A DNA stretch of 64,000 nt, from NCBI GenBank assembly GCA_965235115.1, contig OZ249445.1, positions 25,296,001 through 25,360,000 on the forward strand. The letters are read 5' to 3'. This document shows, piece by piece, positions 36,201-49,853 of the stretch; the first letter of the stretch is position 1, and each line of letters begins with the position of its first letter. The position numbers and the translations under genes were made by a program. Under the pieces are notes generated by a model. The model searched no databases. It saw only the letters and a list, made by a program, of their open reading frames with translations, and was not told the origin of the DNA. The stretch comes from Laetmonice hystrix (taxonomy: Eukaryota).

Positions 36201-39200
36201 GGAGAAAGAAGAAAAAGGTCACGTGCAGCATGATCGGAAGCATTCACACAGTTCAAAGGTCAAGGGAGACACCTCTTGGCAGTCAGGGATCGTGTCTCTT
36301 CCTTCAAAATGATCGACAGGCAGGGCTCCCCTCAAAGCAAGGAAAAATTGCAGTCCCCCCCCCCCCTTACTAAAATGTTTAATGTTTTAATTCATTAAAA
36401 ACGAATATATGATTCAAGGACATTCAGTCTGTATTTAGCCTTGAAATTCAAGGAATTTTCTTTGATAAAGTCTTAGGCTAAATATGAGAAGAAAACTAAG
36501 GTACATAATCGTTTCATTCCATACCAAATGTGCCTAAATTATACTCACCCTAATTTGTATCGTATCTTATGGGTAAATTCCGATCCATTATCAAATAGAA
36601 ATTAAAGAAAATAAAGAATTACGTTTGGTTTGGTTTTGGACTTAGTGGGGGAGCCCTGTCTGAAGGTTGCGAGAATTCACCGAAACCTTAAACTCATCAA
36701 TTATGTCACACAAAACAAGCAATCAATGGACCACAATTAGCAAGGCTTCTCTTCCAATCATTGAATGCCACTCGATCATCCTGTTCAGGACAATTCTTAA
36801 AAACTCAAAAAGAACAACAGCTTGGTTTTCCATTACTTAGCGAAAATGCAGGCGCTTGGAGCAGTTTTATGGGTTTTAAAAAACACATTCGGTATCGCAA
36901 GGTGCCGTTACCTCTTAAAACTCAAAACCAAGCAGAACTGGCTGATGAACTCTTCGAAAAACCAAGACGTCAAATACAAGGTGTCTAATAAAAGCAACTG
37001 ACTGCTCCGTCCCAGGTGAAAGCCTTCGAGGATCCTCCTCCTAGTACACAGCATGGCGGCAGGGCTCGCGGGGGGCTCGCGGGCAAGAGCTAGCTTCAAC
37101 CGCTCTTCCAACGCTCTAAGCAAGTTTCTCGTAACATTAATTTTCGTTTCGTAAGAGGATCTGAAGGAGTGCTGAGATATCTTTCGGGCTTCCTTTTCTG
37201 TCTTTTTTTTGTAATTTATACATAAACTGAAGTTTTAGTGTTAATTTGATAGAGGACTGAAAAGTGTCTAGTTTGGAGTTGGCAGACCTGTGACTGAAGA
37301 CAGTCCACTATCGTTCAAGCTTCGTGCATTTCTCGAGCCACAGTTCCCAACATAATGCTCAAATTTCCAGTCCACATTTTTGTTTGTCACTCAAAAGTAA
37401 AAAAAAAAATCATGCAAGCCAAGGTCCAAAAATGAGACTCGTAACTTATATAGATGTAAACAAAAAAATAACGGGAAGAAATGAAAGGGGTAGGGAGGGG
37501 CCTGCTGTAATTTGCAATAGCTCTGTCCAAGAGAGGCAACCATGCTGTAACTGCAATCTTGTCCACACGAGGGCGCCATGCATCATGCAGGGCGGAGCAG
37601 ACCAAGCCGAGGCGTTCACCTTGTTCGTTGCAGTGGTGGCTCACCACCACAGACAGACTCCCGTTAAGGGAGGGGGGATGGCCCAAAAAAAGTGTGAATT
37701 AATTAATTAATAATTTTGAACGATAACAACAATGTTGAGCTATTTCAGTTAAACATTACGGGCCATTCCCTTTCAATGAGAATTCTTGCCCAAATCTTCC
37801 GGAACCATTTTTAGGAATTAAAATGTTTTGAAATCAGTTTCGAGTAAGGAGGGATGGTAGGCCAAAAATTGTGGCCTGTCCGGGGTCCGTCGGTGGTGCT
37901 ACTAGCCTGGTGTCCAAGAGATTAAAGGCAGTAAGGCGGGGGATACGGACCGTACGCACCTGGGCGCCCGCGTACGACGTGCTATGGTTGATCACAACTT
38001 TGTGGATCTTGCCGAACTTGCCGAAGTACTCGTGTTTTTTGAGGACCTCGGGATCGGCAAGACGCTGCGACAGACCCACCACGAACACCAGGTTTCTCTG
38101 CACAACCCTGTAACATACAACAAAACCAATTCTGTTATAACAGGTAGGAAAAAACAGAATACTACACATGTCAGTTCAAATACTTACTTCCGGATTTAGA
38201 GGGAGAATTCTCAATTCTGGTACATTGTACCTGTTATTCCAAATTTGTAAACAGATAATTTTTCACAATGAAGGAACTACTTCTGTTTCCCACTTGAACG
38301 TCCGTTACTACATACTCTATTAAAAGTGACCACTAGCTTTGTCATATTGATGAACAGCCTATGGTCATCCAGTGCGATGACCACCCCTGGACACAACGCC
38401 TTGTGATAGTCATCACGAGTTATATGAACGGGGCTGCTGCTCAGCACTACCGGGTCAAAGTTCACCCACGACCACTGCATCCGGCGGTCATGTCCGCCAT
38501 TTTCGTAAAAAAAAGTTTTTGGCGACACAGTAACAGATTGCACCCCTCCCCCCCCCCCCACTCTGACTACTTCCGGCGATACTGCTGCGGTAGGAGAATG
38601 CCCCCCCCCCCACACACACACATATCCTCCCAGCCTGGTCACGTGACGGCATCACCCCGATCAGAACACCAGTGCCTGATCAATATTTCCACCACCCTGG
38701 GCCTGACCCACCTTGTACCTAGGTCAGGTGACTCAGTACTCAGTAAGGTCCTGACTCACACACCGCCCCCCCTACCCCTCACACCCCCGCCCCTCACTAC
38801 GGTATACATGTATGAGAATCCTGACAGAAAGTCCTCACAGAAATAGAGCAACAATCGCAGCTGCTGTGTCGCCATTGTTGCTCTAGTTCTGTCAAGGTAG
38901 GACTACTGAACTGGTGTGAAGGACAATTCACATAAAAAGAAGAAGAAAAAGAAACCAGCCTAAAGCGTCCATCGTACCTTTCTCATGTTAATTCCTTACA
39001 TGGTATCTGTAGATGTCAAGTTTGTCCAGTTTTTTTATTCACCAATGCACTTTTCTTTTTATGTCATTTAGTTCATAATCGTACAGAAATGGATACTTTT
39101 CGACGACATTCCTTTAAAAAACCTATCTTTGACTGGCTGTTTGCTGTTTTTACCTTATCTATTACTTTTGGAAAATGAACAAAAGGCAATTTAACCCTTA

Positions 39201-42200
39201 GAGAATCTTTTTTTCTCCTTGACAAACACTGGTGTCTCATCTCTGGACCATCTGTGTCTCTATACAGTCATACATAGTCGACGGTTCTCGACGCCCAAAC
39301 ATTTTCTTAACCTCTACTTCGATCCGAGCTGTACGTGCCTGTACACTTGACCTCATTATTATTAACAGATATTTCTACAACCGACGACTAGATGCACCTT
39401 GGCACTGAATCAGACATTTACCCCACCTGTATGAAAGAACTGATTCATGAACGTGTTTGTCGGAGGGACACAGGACCTGAGGGGGAATTTGTTTTCCTAT
39501 CCCTCAAGGACGAATTCTCTATGAGCTCTGGCAGTCCTTGCCACCCAACCTCTGTCCTGTCACCTTCACTATCAAAACCTTTCACACATCTGCAAACTTT
39601 CACAATGTGCCACGGGCACAAAAACTGACGAATCTCTATCCAAATGATTCATTTAAATAATCAATGATGTCAAAACTCTTGGTTTGCAGGACCCGTAAGG
39701 TTGCCACTCCCAGGGTAGGACTAGAGGAAACTTGGCTAAATCAGGCCCAGCCCTTGAGAAGGGACGGGGAGGGGAAGGATGAGCTGGGCCCTATCACTGT
39801 GTCTGGTCGGGCCCGGGACGGCCCTGCCTGTAGGGGCCTCCCGATATACATGTACCCATACCCATTACTTCTCACCCCCCTACCCCACCCCATCCCATCC
39901 CCACTCCCAGCCCAGGCCCCAACCGCTACCACGTGGTCCACATTGACCCACATCAAACAGGCGGCTGCTCCCCCCCCCCTCCCAGCCCCTCAATACTACA
40001 AGGGAGTCCCCCCCCCCCCCACCTCTCCCTCCTCACAAATTTACCCACCCCCATCCTACATCCCACCAACAGACATAGACCTTTCCCCCGAACTCCCTCC
40101 CCTTCTAAATGTTAACATAACACAATTACATGGTACACGACACACTCCTGTTTTCTGGAGTCTCTTTTTTTATTTTTTTAGTAACCTAAATTCATCATGG
40201 GTCAACTTCCCATTACAGATACAGCAGAATCCAGAATCAACAGCTGCCATTTCTGCCCCCTCCCCCGCGCTCTAGTCCATAAAGAAGGTGACTTTTATCA
40301 TTAGTCACCTACCTCACACACAGTCAGAGGGAGAAAAAAAAACCCTGACAGGTTTGGCCCGACCTCAACTGGTCGTACTGACCCAGTTATCTGGACAGAA
40401 CGCCGGTAGCGACCTCTATTGGGAGTTTACGACAAATGACATTTTGGACGTGTGTTTGGGACGGTGGTGTTATGACCGCCAACACATTCTGTCCTGTCAC
40501 TGGGGGGAAACACATGAGTTGAGTCATCGCCATACTCAGTCATCAACAAGTCGGCTCTCTGACCGCATCTTGAAACGGAGGTTGTCAGCATATTCTCTTA
40601 CTAACACCTCGCTTCTACGAAAAAAAAAAGGAAAAGACAAAAAAAAGAAGCAAGAAAGAGAAAACGTACTGATATGGTTATACTGGTATAATGATACACA
40701 ATAATGTAAAATGGTGTTTTTAAGTCACACCAATATTTAAGTCACAATTTAAGTCACAACAATATTCATGGTCAGAAATACAATATACACCGGCAATAGT
40801 GTGTTACTGGCAGGATACATATCAGTGAGCAATATGTTTGAGTTGGTCCCTGGATCGACCGTCACCACCAAATGTATTAACTCTCACATTGGGACCAACA
40901 GTATTCGCATCATCTCCCCTATGTCATCAGTTGCCATGGTATTTTCTGGGACAGCCCCCCACCCACCCACACCCACCCACACCCACCATTGGTGATGTTA
41001 GATATTAAAGGGGGGGGTGGGGATCCTCGGGGACATACTCAATGTCGGCATGATCAGGTTTTGTTATTACAGGCTAAATCCCAAGACACCAGAACTAGGT
41101 CAGGTCACTTTAATCTCACAACATATATAGGTCAAGTGGACCAGAAGGTCATGCGGTGTCTGATAATGGCCACCTTGCACTTTGTCACACCAATATTCAC
41201 TATTCGTGAGGCTACCAGAAACAATTTAAAAAAGACTTTTTAAGACCTGTAAAAACTATTTATATTGTAGATATTTGCTTTCTTTTTATTCCTGATAGCT
41301 TTTTCTAACCGGTGAAGTGGAGAAAAGAGAGAAGTTACACTTTTTAAAACTATAAAGAAGCAGACTCTTAAGGCAGTGTAGTATGGAAAATGGTTAATGC
41401 ATACAAAACCCCCAGGGCCTAATTAAAAGGATAAACCTACTCAGACGAACAAATATTTCTAAATCTGTGGGTTTTTTTTTCAAATTTAACCTGCATGCTT
41501 GAGCATTTCTGTCTGCCTGACTGCCAACTCAAATACCACACAACAAGTTAAACCTCTCCCAATCCCCCAGTTTCTGCGTCATTATTTACGATATGACTGT
41601 CATTTCATACTTGTCTTTCTTACAGAGCTTTATTTTTGGTATTGTGTCAAACACTTCTTCCCGGCTCCACACCACCACATTTACCGTAATTATATTACAA
41701 TTGCGACTTTCAGTTTCAGGCCCATTCTTACTAACTTTAAATGACAGATCCTTGAAATCATGTATCCATTCAGAATACAAATCATGAGATATTGCAGCCA
41801 CATGCAGTTTACCAGGTCCTTGAGCCTTCTTCACACGCAGGTGCCTTAACAATAGAAATGGACAGATGCGCGTGACAGAGAGACAGACAGAGACAGACAG
41901 AGAGCCATACCAACCTGACATTTGCCAAATGTTTCCTGTTTTCTGCCGCCTTTTGTTTGCGCTGCAGATCTTTCTGACGGCGTTCCTTCTTGATCCTCTG
42001 CAGCCTGTAACAAACACACAAAGAAATGTTGTTAGTCCGGGCGCAAGACACTAAACATTTATCTCATGCAAACCATAACAAATTTTTTCTCCGAATTGCT
42101 AGGTAACAAATTGTTTGTTTCGTAGAAATTTCAGGGAGAATTCAGATATCTGAGACTTGAGACATTATTTTCTTCACGCACCAGTAAATTAATGTTGCAA

Positions 42201-45200
42201 GAGATCAGGAAAATAAAATATGGCGGCCGGCTGGTTGGGAAGTCGGCGAAATCCTGTTACTTTTGGGGAAAATTATAACTGGAGATTACAAAAGGTCCCC
42301 AAAGTATCCAAACCCCAAGTTTTTCTAACTGGCAAGGCTAGATTAGACAGACATTTTTTTTTAGATCGTCCCAACCCCCTTAAGTTAAAACTTGCCGTTG
42401 CCCCGCCCTCCCCCCTCTGTACATCAGGCGATTTTTCCCCGCCGGCAAATGCCTACGACATGACTACCAAACGAATGCAAGGTAATGAACTTCACTATTC
42501 TACCACCAAGTCAAACTCTCTCGCACTACAACACAATACAAGCACTCGGTCCTGAATCAATATTTACCTTGCACACCTAATGACACTCAATGGAAATTCG
42601 GATAACACCGCCAAATAGGTAGGAAAAAAGGGCAAAATGATCTTGGTGTTGTGGACACATTTACAAATGGAACATGGAGATCCTGACGGGTGCCAGACTG
42701 CCTTATGCAAAAATGTTGTTTTAAAGCGATGCCAACAGAATCCCAGTATAACAGTATTCCTGGCAATTACAAGCAAGCCTGTTTCGGTTCAGACAGGTTT
42801 ACGGAGAAACAAACGCTATAATATTCTGTTCGACGACAGAATTAAGAATATTGCCTCAAGATGGCGGCTTTCTTTCTCACTCCATCATCTCAGCTTTAAC
42901 CCATTCTACCCGTGTCACTCCTACGCACTCAGTGTCACTCCAAGATGCTAATGCCACAGACTAGTAACCCTTTGCTTACACCTGTTCCTGTCTGTCGCTG
43001 TCAACATTTGAGTGCACAAAATTGCAGCTCCACGGTCTCTTCCCCCCTCCCTTCCACCCACGTTTTGAGCCCAATCACAGGACAGGTCTCAAGGAGCGGA
43101 TGCCTTTGCCGTGTTTAGTATGGAGTGAACCCAACGCTGAGGCTCTGCACACCAATCACGGGGACACAATCAGTGAAGGGGTCCTGGTCTGGCTCAGCTC
43201 TCTCCATCAGGGCACCGAGAGGGGGGGGGGGCGGGGGGGGGGTTCCCCCCTGGGACCCGGTTAGAAACACACCGGTAGTCCAACCGTACAGATCTGTAGT
43301 CGTACCGCTAGTTATTACACCTTCGACGATTCCATGATCTTTAGTCCGTTTTCTTGCAGATTGTTCCATTTTTTCCCTTCTTTTTCCAAAACTTATATTT
43401 CGCATAGATTATATTTTTCACCCAGTCTAGCCCACTTTGTATATGATATATCTCCACAAGCGTCGTACGTCTAGCAGTGTATTTTAAAGCGATTCACCCA
43501 GGGGCCCCCGACAAGATAACTGTTAACGTTAGAACCAGCGTCATATTTTATCATTTGGTACTGGATACAAATACAGTGTGAGGCCTATCGGCAAACATCT
43601 TATTTCAGAAATCTCCCAAATGTTGCTTACAGCCCAATCCCCTTTCCCTAGACATTTAAGAAATAATATTGAAACCAAAAGATATTCCAAACCAATTCCC
43701 CCATGTAAACCAAACTGTATGAGAAACGTTAGAGTATGAGCAACATTTGGATTCCAAAGTTGATAAGAAATCCTCCATAACCTCACCGGTACCTATAAGA
43801 AACAACTCGATACCGATTGAACCCCTCCCTGCGCGGGATGTGACCGGGAGGGGAGGGGGAGTTGGGGGCGGGGGGCACCGACGGGAGTAAATTCTCCGTT
43901 AAGTGCGGCATCAGGCCAGCTGGCTTTCCTGGGGATTCCCGACCCCTGCCAACCAGGGCGGCCAAGTTCTCACGGTAAATCCCCCTCGACATTCGCAGAA
44001 ATCCAATGTCCCTGAATGTTATCTACGGGAACACCTCCACCACCGCCGGCCCAGGCTATAATCACCTCAATCTACCAACCCTACCATAGTACTACATCTC
44101 AGTATAGGGCCACGACAGCACCGGGTTATGGGGGCCACAGGCTGCTTACATAGGCTGCTCTATAGCATAGGGCCAGGTCGACGCATACTGAGCCGGCACG
44201 GTCAGCTCTGCCGGTTGCATGGTGGACAAAAATCTCCACATTCCCTCTTGTTGCCTACTATAGCCAGTGGACGTGGTGTTGCACAATCACAAACATTCCT
44301 TGAATATCACTTAGAATCTTTTTGTGGGGATACATAATATAGTTTCTCTATAACTGACATGGGGACATTTACCCATAAACCAATCATACCGACTTATAGT
44401 CCTGACAAAGCGGCCTGTCCAAATACCCGCCACTTATTGACCAGATGGTCAATGTTTGTTATATGGACATAGAATTTTTTCTCTGTTAGAAATGTAAGCA
44501 GCCAGCCCCAGTTGGACCCAGTGTCAGACCAGTACCGGCCTGTGTCCCTGAGCCGTCACTCTGCCCATTCCTACCTACCAAAGCCTCAAGGAAATGATCC
44601 TTGGTAATTCCGACCTTATGGCTAACAGTAATCAGTAGCTTAGTCCAGCCCACCATTAGGCCGCACAGACAGTGCCCGACCCATTACCGACAGCCTGATA
44701 CGAGACCGACGACCGAGCGCTGATGGCCCTCACTCGCTCATCTAGACCCGCCAGCCTACAGTAGTGGCCAAACCGCACGGATCAGTGCCTACTACTGCCA
44801 AGTCGGCAGACCCCAGTTCTCAACTTGTATTTACACAAATTATAAATAGGATTTTCTTTCTAAGCGAACTTGGACTCAATACAAAGTTTGCACCCTACCT
44901 TGCTTTTCTTCTCATTTTTCTGAGGACAACCTAGCCTCAAGAAATCTAAATTATTCTAGACTCCTAATAAAAAGGCTGAAGCAACAGCGCGACCACCCAG
45001 ACTATGGGTGCACATGTACCGGTAGGGCCGAGCGTTCCCTGTGACCCCTGACGTATCGGGTCACCAGGCGGTAGCCAGATCGGGTCAGGTCGATCTCTGC
45101 CCAGACAAAGTCAGGTCCACTGAGTCAGCAAGTCTGGGTGGCTGCCACCCCCACCCCAGTCCAACTCCGCACTTAAAACCTCATAACACATTCTAGTTTT

Positions 45201-47920
45201 GCCACTAATCAAACATCTATTTCAGTTCACCTTTCCACTACCTTCCAGACCTCCCGCGATGTCTATTGCACTTACCCCCTCCCTCCCCGCCGGGCGCTAC
45301 CTCTCAGTCGCTTCCCACAATGAACCAGCTACAAACCCCTCTCACCATAGACTACTACCGCTGTCCCTCGCGCAACTCCCTGGAATATAGCGCCTTCCAT
45401 GTCATTTTACCACTGTCGGGCTCAGCCCACGCGCCTCTCCCAAATATAGCGCCTTCAATGTTATTTTACCATTCATGTCATTTTGACATGTCTAGATCCA
45501 TTTCGTTCAAGGCGAAGGCACAGGTAGTTCAATGACTAGTAGTCATAACCCAGTTCACCAACGCTGAGGTTGAATAGTCTTGGGCTGTCGAACATTCTCT
45601 TCCATATCAAGACCATCTGGTTCGACTACCAAACACTTCCAATCCATCAATCTAACCACCCATTCAATTTCTATAAAAAATAATGTGATCTCCCTCTGCG
45701 AGAATCCCCAGCGTACGGTGCAGATCGCTTACGCTCCAGTCATATTGGACTTGAGAATACAGACACATCAATTACGAGAATAAAGGAACCCCCCCCCCCC
45801 CCCTATTTATAAAAAATCCCCCCCCCCCTCCAACGTCCCGGTATTGAACACACCGACCCGCTCAATCATGCAGAACTCCGACTAGACTTGTCAATAGAGC
45901 AGATAGCCGAGTCTGGCTTGTCTAGGCGGCTGGCTGGCTGCACCCCAACAATTATAGAAAGCCATCTTCTGGTCGTACTGGCGGTATATATCCAGACTCT
46001 ATACATTACCAGATATAAGATGGTCTGACGAGGATTCCCCAGACCTCGCCCTCCACACAGCGCTGCTATACCAAGTCCCGGCTCAGTGAAGCTGCGATTT
46101 TCTTCAAATTTACCACCAGGGTTTTGGATAGGACAGCGACGGGAAAATGATCTTTTAACTCAGGGCTTACATGGACCATATCTCAAACATACATTTTACG
46201 ATAAAAATTATACATTAATTATAAATTGTTCCAATTTTTTTTCTCATCCCATAGCATACAACTTGGACCTCCCCTCCCAAAGTGTCACTGGCACAGAGAG
46301 TGAGAAAAACGCTCTTTTGTCTGGCGAGGTTGAGCGTGTCATTCTGACATCACGTGTGGCCACACTGGTTGATTTAACCGTCCTCATTTGACCTTTGACC
46401 TGACCGTAACCTATGACTGGGCGTGACCTAAGACCAGCTACCATCCATCCAAGGCATGACAGGCTTCTGTTCTCTCTGGTCGTACTGACCCTGAACTAAT
46501 AAAGTAATTTATTAGTTCAAGCCTTGACCTGCCGACCTCTTTGACATTGACCTAACCGACTTCTACATTTGACCTTGGCCTCATTTAAACTGGACTCACC
46601 CAACCGGTCAATTAGCAGCGCTTCACCCGGGGACCCCTTGCCAAATAACCCGTCGATTTTGGCAAGGATAACACACATGGCAGAAGCCAAAAACTTAGAA
46701 AAAAGGACACCTTTCACTTCTGGAATAGAATTCTGTCTAACTTGGCGGCTAGCTCTGCCCCCTCCTCCACATTCCATCACCTCCATTCTGATGAACACTA
46801 AACGACCACATCCTATCTACACTCAGCCTGCTATGTCACTCAGAAAAAATAACTCATTACAAAATTCCACACACACACAGACATGGACGTTCGTCACATA
46901 ACTTGAATCAAAGCCAACGGGAAACGCACTCAATATTTCTGATGACGAATGGATGCCGGGCGGTTTCTGAGTTTCACTACGTATGCACGAAATATTGCTT
47001 GCACTTCTACTAAGTCGAACTCGTCAACTCCAATTAAGGAAAGCATGAGGGGGAATGAGGTGTGTGCCAATAAAACACATGGCAGAGAGCTCTCGCTAAT
47101 TGACAGGTTAATCTATACCAGGAAATATTTTTATGAGAAAAACAGGGAATACAAATTAATAGCAATATATATCTTACCCAAACCAAGGTTAGTACTCATT
47201 CTCTTAGATTCCAGTTTAACGACTTTTTACACAATTTCTAATGATGTTCTGATAAGTTCTAAGGAAGCTATTTTCAAAGAAAAAGGTTGGGAACTGCGCG
47301 TTAACTATGGCTTTGCCAAATTTGGGTTTAAAGAATTGTCAATTAAAATGATTTGTCAAGTTTTGGAAGAAATCAATTGTCCCTGATGCACGTGCTAAAC
47401 AGTGCCAATTCTTCGTGAACTTTTTTTTAATTTAAAAGGGATTTTCTAGAGACCCAAGAATTCTGAAGGAGGTTTTAAGAAACAATAGTTTACAGACTTT
47501 TTATAGGTTTTTAGGGATCCCAGCAAGCCCTGTTACCTAAAACACCTCGACTCAGATACCACCCTACATGCCTCCCTTCACCAATGGTCCTTTTTGGACT
47601 TTTTTTTTGTCTCCTCTTTTAAATTCATTTTACAGAATCTCAATTAGTTCTCATAATATGACAACTGAGGTGGAAACGAAACTGATAATTCGAAACTTTG
47701 CAAACAAACGACACTTGTTCTTGGACAAATCAATGAATAAATAATGAAATGATGGGCACTCGATTGGCTTAATCTTGCATACCAAACAGCATTCAGCAGC
47801 ACATAATTTTGCCTAAGCATTTTCATCTCTGCAGCCCAGCAAGGAAATAATCCGTAAGATTAGGTGTACTCACTCATCTTCTGTTAATGGTTTGAATTCT
47901 GCTGGGTCCTCTGGGTATTG
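24242..47920 (-). CDS. CNOT4: CCR4-NOT subunit 4 (E3 ligase), 5'-partial: coiled coil, RRM, C3H1 zinc finger, CAF40-binding motif; 15 exons in window (2226 nt = 741 aa + stop); RING exon beyond the window
   Basis: QYPEDPAEFKPLTEDELQRIKKERRQKDLQRKQKAAENRKHLANVRVVQRNLVFVVGLSQRLADPEVLKKHEYFGKFGKIHKVVIN...SASAYVTY...GRTLKASLGTTKYCSHFLRGAQCPKPDCMYLHELGEEAASFTKEEMQQGKHQEYEQKL, then DWQAAFGF, DDDLGFDPWDESTKALADLIEKE, WQDGLRALLPNINISF, DPAIV, PPHWMASLHHLTE, PPPGF. Summed exon lengths stay in frame. Confidence 0.96.
24666..24767 (-). CDS. CNOT4: CNOT4 exon: (G)PTWAPQTQHPPPGFHQSHLTSPTPVAETHRLAE
   Basis: ttacttcag acceptor, gtacgt donor, PPPGF motif. Confidence 0.85.
25084..25191 (-). CDS. CNOT4: CNOT4 exon: (S)SSLSEDPPHWMASLHHLTEDTTNHRLPFVHQFPFR
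   Basis: atgtttcag acceptor, gtcaga donor; resembles vertebrate PPHWLKSLQALTE as recalled. Confidence 0.88.
26106..26183 (-). CDS. CNOT4: CNOT4 exon: (D)WPPHLQSAAALAHDPAIVISGNITD
   Basis: gttttttcag acceptor, gtaagt donor; DPAI motif. Confidence 0.85.
26225..26238 (+). promoter_or_regulatory. CTCF-consensus site CCGCTAGAGGGCGC
   Basis: 14/14 match to CCRSYAGRKGGCRS; motif match only. Confidence 0.45.
26690..26824. mobile_element. CWG-bounded MITE (family shared with 15098-15239)
   Basis: caggggcccgtttcactaa...ttagtgaaacgacccccctg. Confidence 0.75.
27263..27440 (-). CDS. CNOT4: CNOT4 exon: NDAFNMKDWQDGLRALLPNINISF...HTHK
   Basis: tttgattcag acceptor, gtaggt donor. Confidence 0.92.
27857..27987 (-). 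CDS. CNOT4: CNOT4 exon: (G)TSKMMGVHFQPVASLNSH...HHTQ
   Basis: ggtttcag acceptor, gtgtgt donor; phases fit both neighbours. Confidence 0.85.
28240..28518 (-). CDS. CNOT4: CNOT4 exon with DWQAAFGF and the CAF40-binding motif
   Basis: tttacag acceptor, gtacga donor; DDDLGFDPWDESTKALADLIEKE. Confidence 0.93.
28853..28999. mobile_element. CWG-bounded foldback MITE with an internal ~25-bp stem
   Basis: CTG-ggggcggttttactaaag...ctttagtaaaatgggccc-CTG; internal tagaagtgaatggttgctaggtcg / cgacctagcaacccgttcacttcta. Confidence 0.72.
29100..29404 (-). CDS. CNOT4: CNOT4 low-complexity exon
   Basis: tattttgcag acceptor, gtgaga donor, open in the required phase. Confidence 0.85.
29795..30142 (-). CDS. 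CNOT4: CNOT4 exon with poly-Ser (20) and EAWPSL
   Basis: ttgttccccag acceptor, gtgagg donor; ORF 29791..30153. Confidence 0.88.
30486..30653 (-). CDS. CNOT4: CNOT4 exon: (G)KHQEYEQKLYESFMN...STKAQ
   Basis: ttttccag acceptor, gtcagt donor. Confidence 0.9.
30790..30857 (-). CDS. CNOT4: CNOT4 exon: DCMYLHELGEEAASFTKEEMQQ (C3H1 finger end)
   Basis: gtttgcag acceptor, gtaaga donor. Confidence 0.95.
31028..31294. repeat. Tandem duplication, 140-bp period, in a CNOT4 intron
   Basis: agaaattttggataaaattcagactgaatcctt at 31028 and 31168. Confidence 0.85.
31322..31486 (-). CDS. CNOT4: CNOT4 exon: RRM second half and C3H1 start
   Basis: ctcggcag acceptor, gtaagt donor, 55 codons. Confidence 0.96.
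33019..33875. repeat. 57-bp minisatellite, ~15 copies, in a CNOT4 intron
   Basis: Unit cttagcatgtcaataccattaacaaaacaatcccccaccctcccaccccatggccat; 19-aa periodicity in the ORF track. Confidence 0.97.
37960..38107 (-). CDS. CNOT4: CNOT4 exon: RRM first half
   Basis: gttacag acceptor, gtgcgt donor; VVQRNLVFVVGLSQRLADPEVLKKHEYFGKFGKIHKVVIN. Confidence 0.96.
41915..42004 (-). CDS. CNOT4: CNOT4 exon: (E)LQRIKKERRQKDLQRKQKAAENRKHLANV(R)
   Basis: tttgttacag acceptor, gttggt donor. Confidence 0.95.
47874..47920 (-). CDS. CNOT4: CNOT4 exon directly after the RING: QYPEDPAEFKPLTED(E)
   Basis: ctacttgcag acceptor, gtgagt donor; missed by the ORF track. Confidence 0.93.
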
Positions 47921-49853
47921 CTGCAAGTAGACAAAAACATTCACAATGTCAGATATTTTTACCACAACCGTCAAAAGATAACTAAGCACACTTGAAGAGA
48001 GCATGAGCATTCACGTTTCTTACAAACCTCACCCCGACCCCCCCCCCCCCCCCCCCCGGGACACTTTTTCCGGGGGCCGTGAGTAATTTTGCGACTTTTT
48101 CTTTATTATTTTTTTTCTTGGTGCAGGGGGAGGGGCTGTCACTATGATGTATGTCGGATCCATCAAATAAACAAAATATGGTCACTTTCGACAACTTTTC
48201 CAGAACAACATTTCTTCCCTGAATTCCCACGACAGTCGGATTGTGGGAACACTAAGTGATACTGTCAAACAGAAGTTTCTCTTTTTTTTTTATTTTGAGG
48301 TCAGTATGACAGAGCTTGCACACGTAGGCTTACTCTATTACCACACGAATGTAAACCAGTCTAAAAATACCTCGACGGCTTCCAGAACTAGGATCCATCT
48401 CTTGATTTCCAGGCAACAACACTCTATAGGCCAAATGGAAATCAGGAACTCCCGTTTCCCTTCTCTTTCTCTCATAAATCCCCTCATAATGAAAACGTCC
48501 CTCCAGGACTAAACACAAACATTCTGCCACCCCCCACCCCCCGTCCCTCTCTACTGCCACTACGCTTCTCTCCGATTCCTAACCCCCTCATTCGACACCA
48601 ATCAACAACCTTCACTCACACCCCCGTCCTGCTGATCACTCCATAATACCACACTTGTTCCCCCCCCTGATCCCCTCAGAATAAAACAGTTTGCCACTTG
48701 AACCCACAATCTATCGATCACACAACCCCGATCTCCCACCCCGGTCCCCATTTAGAACCCTGCTCCACTGAGCGGACCCTTGGGTTCTAAATTCAACTTC
48801 GTCAAGCCCTGCTCTGGTGATGTAGTTATTAGACCTGCCGTTCCCTGGGGGCTGGGGTGGGGTGGAAATCCTGGCTAGTTCCCATACCAGCTGCCAGCAC
48901 GGACCCTCCCCCCCCCCCCCCCAATCTTTATCAGGCTCAGTTCTGTGCCATGCGTGCGGCTGTCTCGTAAAGCTACTCCTACACCCAATCAAATGGCACA
49001 CACTGATGGCACCATGATGGCGCTGTGACGTGACTGTACCCCCAATGTGGCGGTGTTCTAGGTGGCAATCAGCCTGCTTTATGTAGGCGGGGTGGGTGGT
49101 GGTGGTGGTGGTGGGTGGGGGGGTCAATACTGGGCGGGGGGGGTGTTTGTGACCAGCGAGTGCTGATATCGTAGGGCCTACAGTAGTAGGTTCCTCCAAG
49201 ACTGACTGATGGTGTCGCGGACACCACAATGCTCAGCCATAATCTCCGGATAATCCTTAAGTTGCCCCACGATGATCCCAGCCCCCCCCCCCCTTCATGG
49301 TCACTTCATCATTACCACATTACCACGTAACCAAATGGCTCGGACAGCAAACACACTGAATGTGCAGAATGAGATGATATGTGTGTCAGTTGTGAAACGA
49401 CGCCAGACGGTCGCCGCTGGCACCTTTTCACATCAAGCCTTTTACTTGTCATCGTCATCGAGCACAATATTGATTCCGGCTAATATTGCCCAACCCACTG
49501 CAACTGGTGTGAAACGGTATGCAGCGTTCTCCAACCTTTCAGCTCTCCTTCACTTCCGTCATCCTGACTTTGATTTAATCTATGTGTTCACAACGGAATC
49601 GGGAAAACACATCAAATCAATCGTTGGTAGAGTTGATATGAAATTCGGAATCATTCCTATATCAGCCGCGTCTGTTAGCGGTATTAAACAATCAATCAGG
49701 ATAGACCATTCCGTTCAAATCGCAGAACCGCCCCCACCCCTCCCTCCCGTTACTGGAGGCTGTTTGCAGGGTTCTCTCCACTGGATACATACAGTGAGCA
49801 GAGAGTTCCCCTGACCCTGGTACGGTAATAAATCATCGCATTCATGACGGTTT

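Noticed and set aside
35789-36373. 194-aa ORF antisense to CNOT4
   Set aside because: Driven by homopolymer runs; no homology or consistent exon structure.
36761-36988. ELADELFEKPRRQ, faintly like a Polinton-type integrase N-terminus
   Set aside because: Stop codon follows within a few residues; no DDE core in any frame.
46949-47386. 145-aa ORF in AT-rich intron
   Set aside because: No recognisable motif; about one such ORF is expected by chance in six frames of 64 kb.
49272-49814. 180-aa ORF next to the satellite
   Set aside because: No domain recognised, poly-C-driven prolines, no splice signals.
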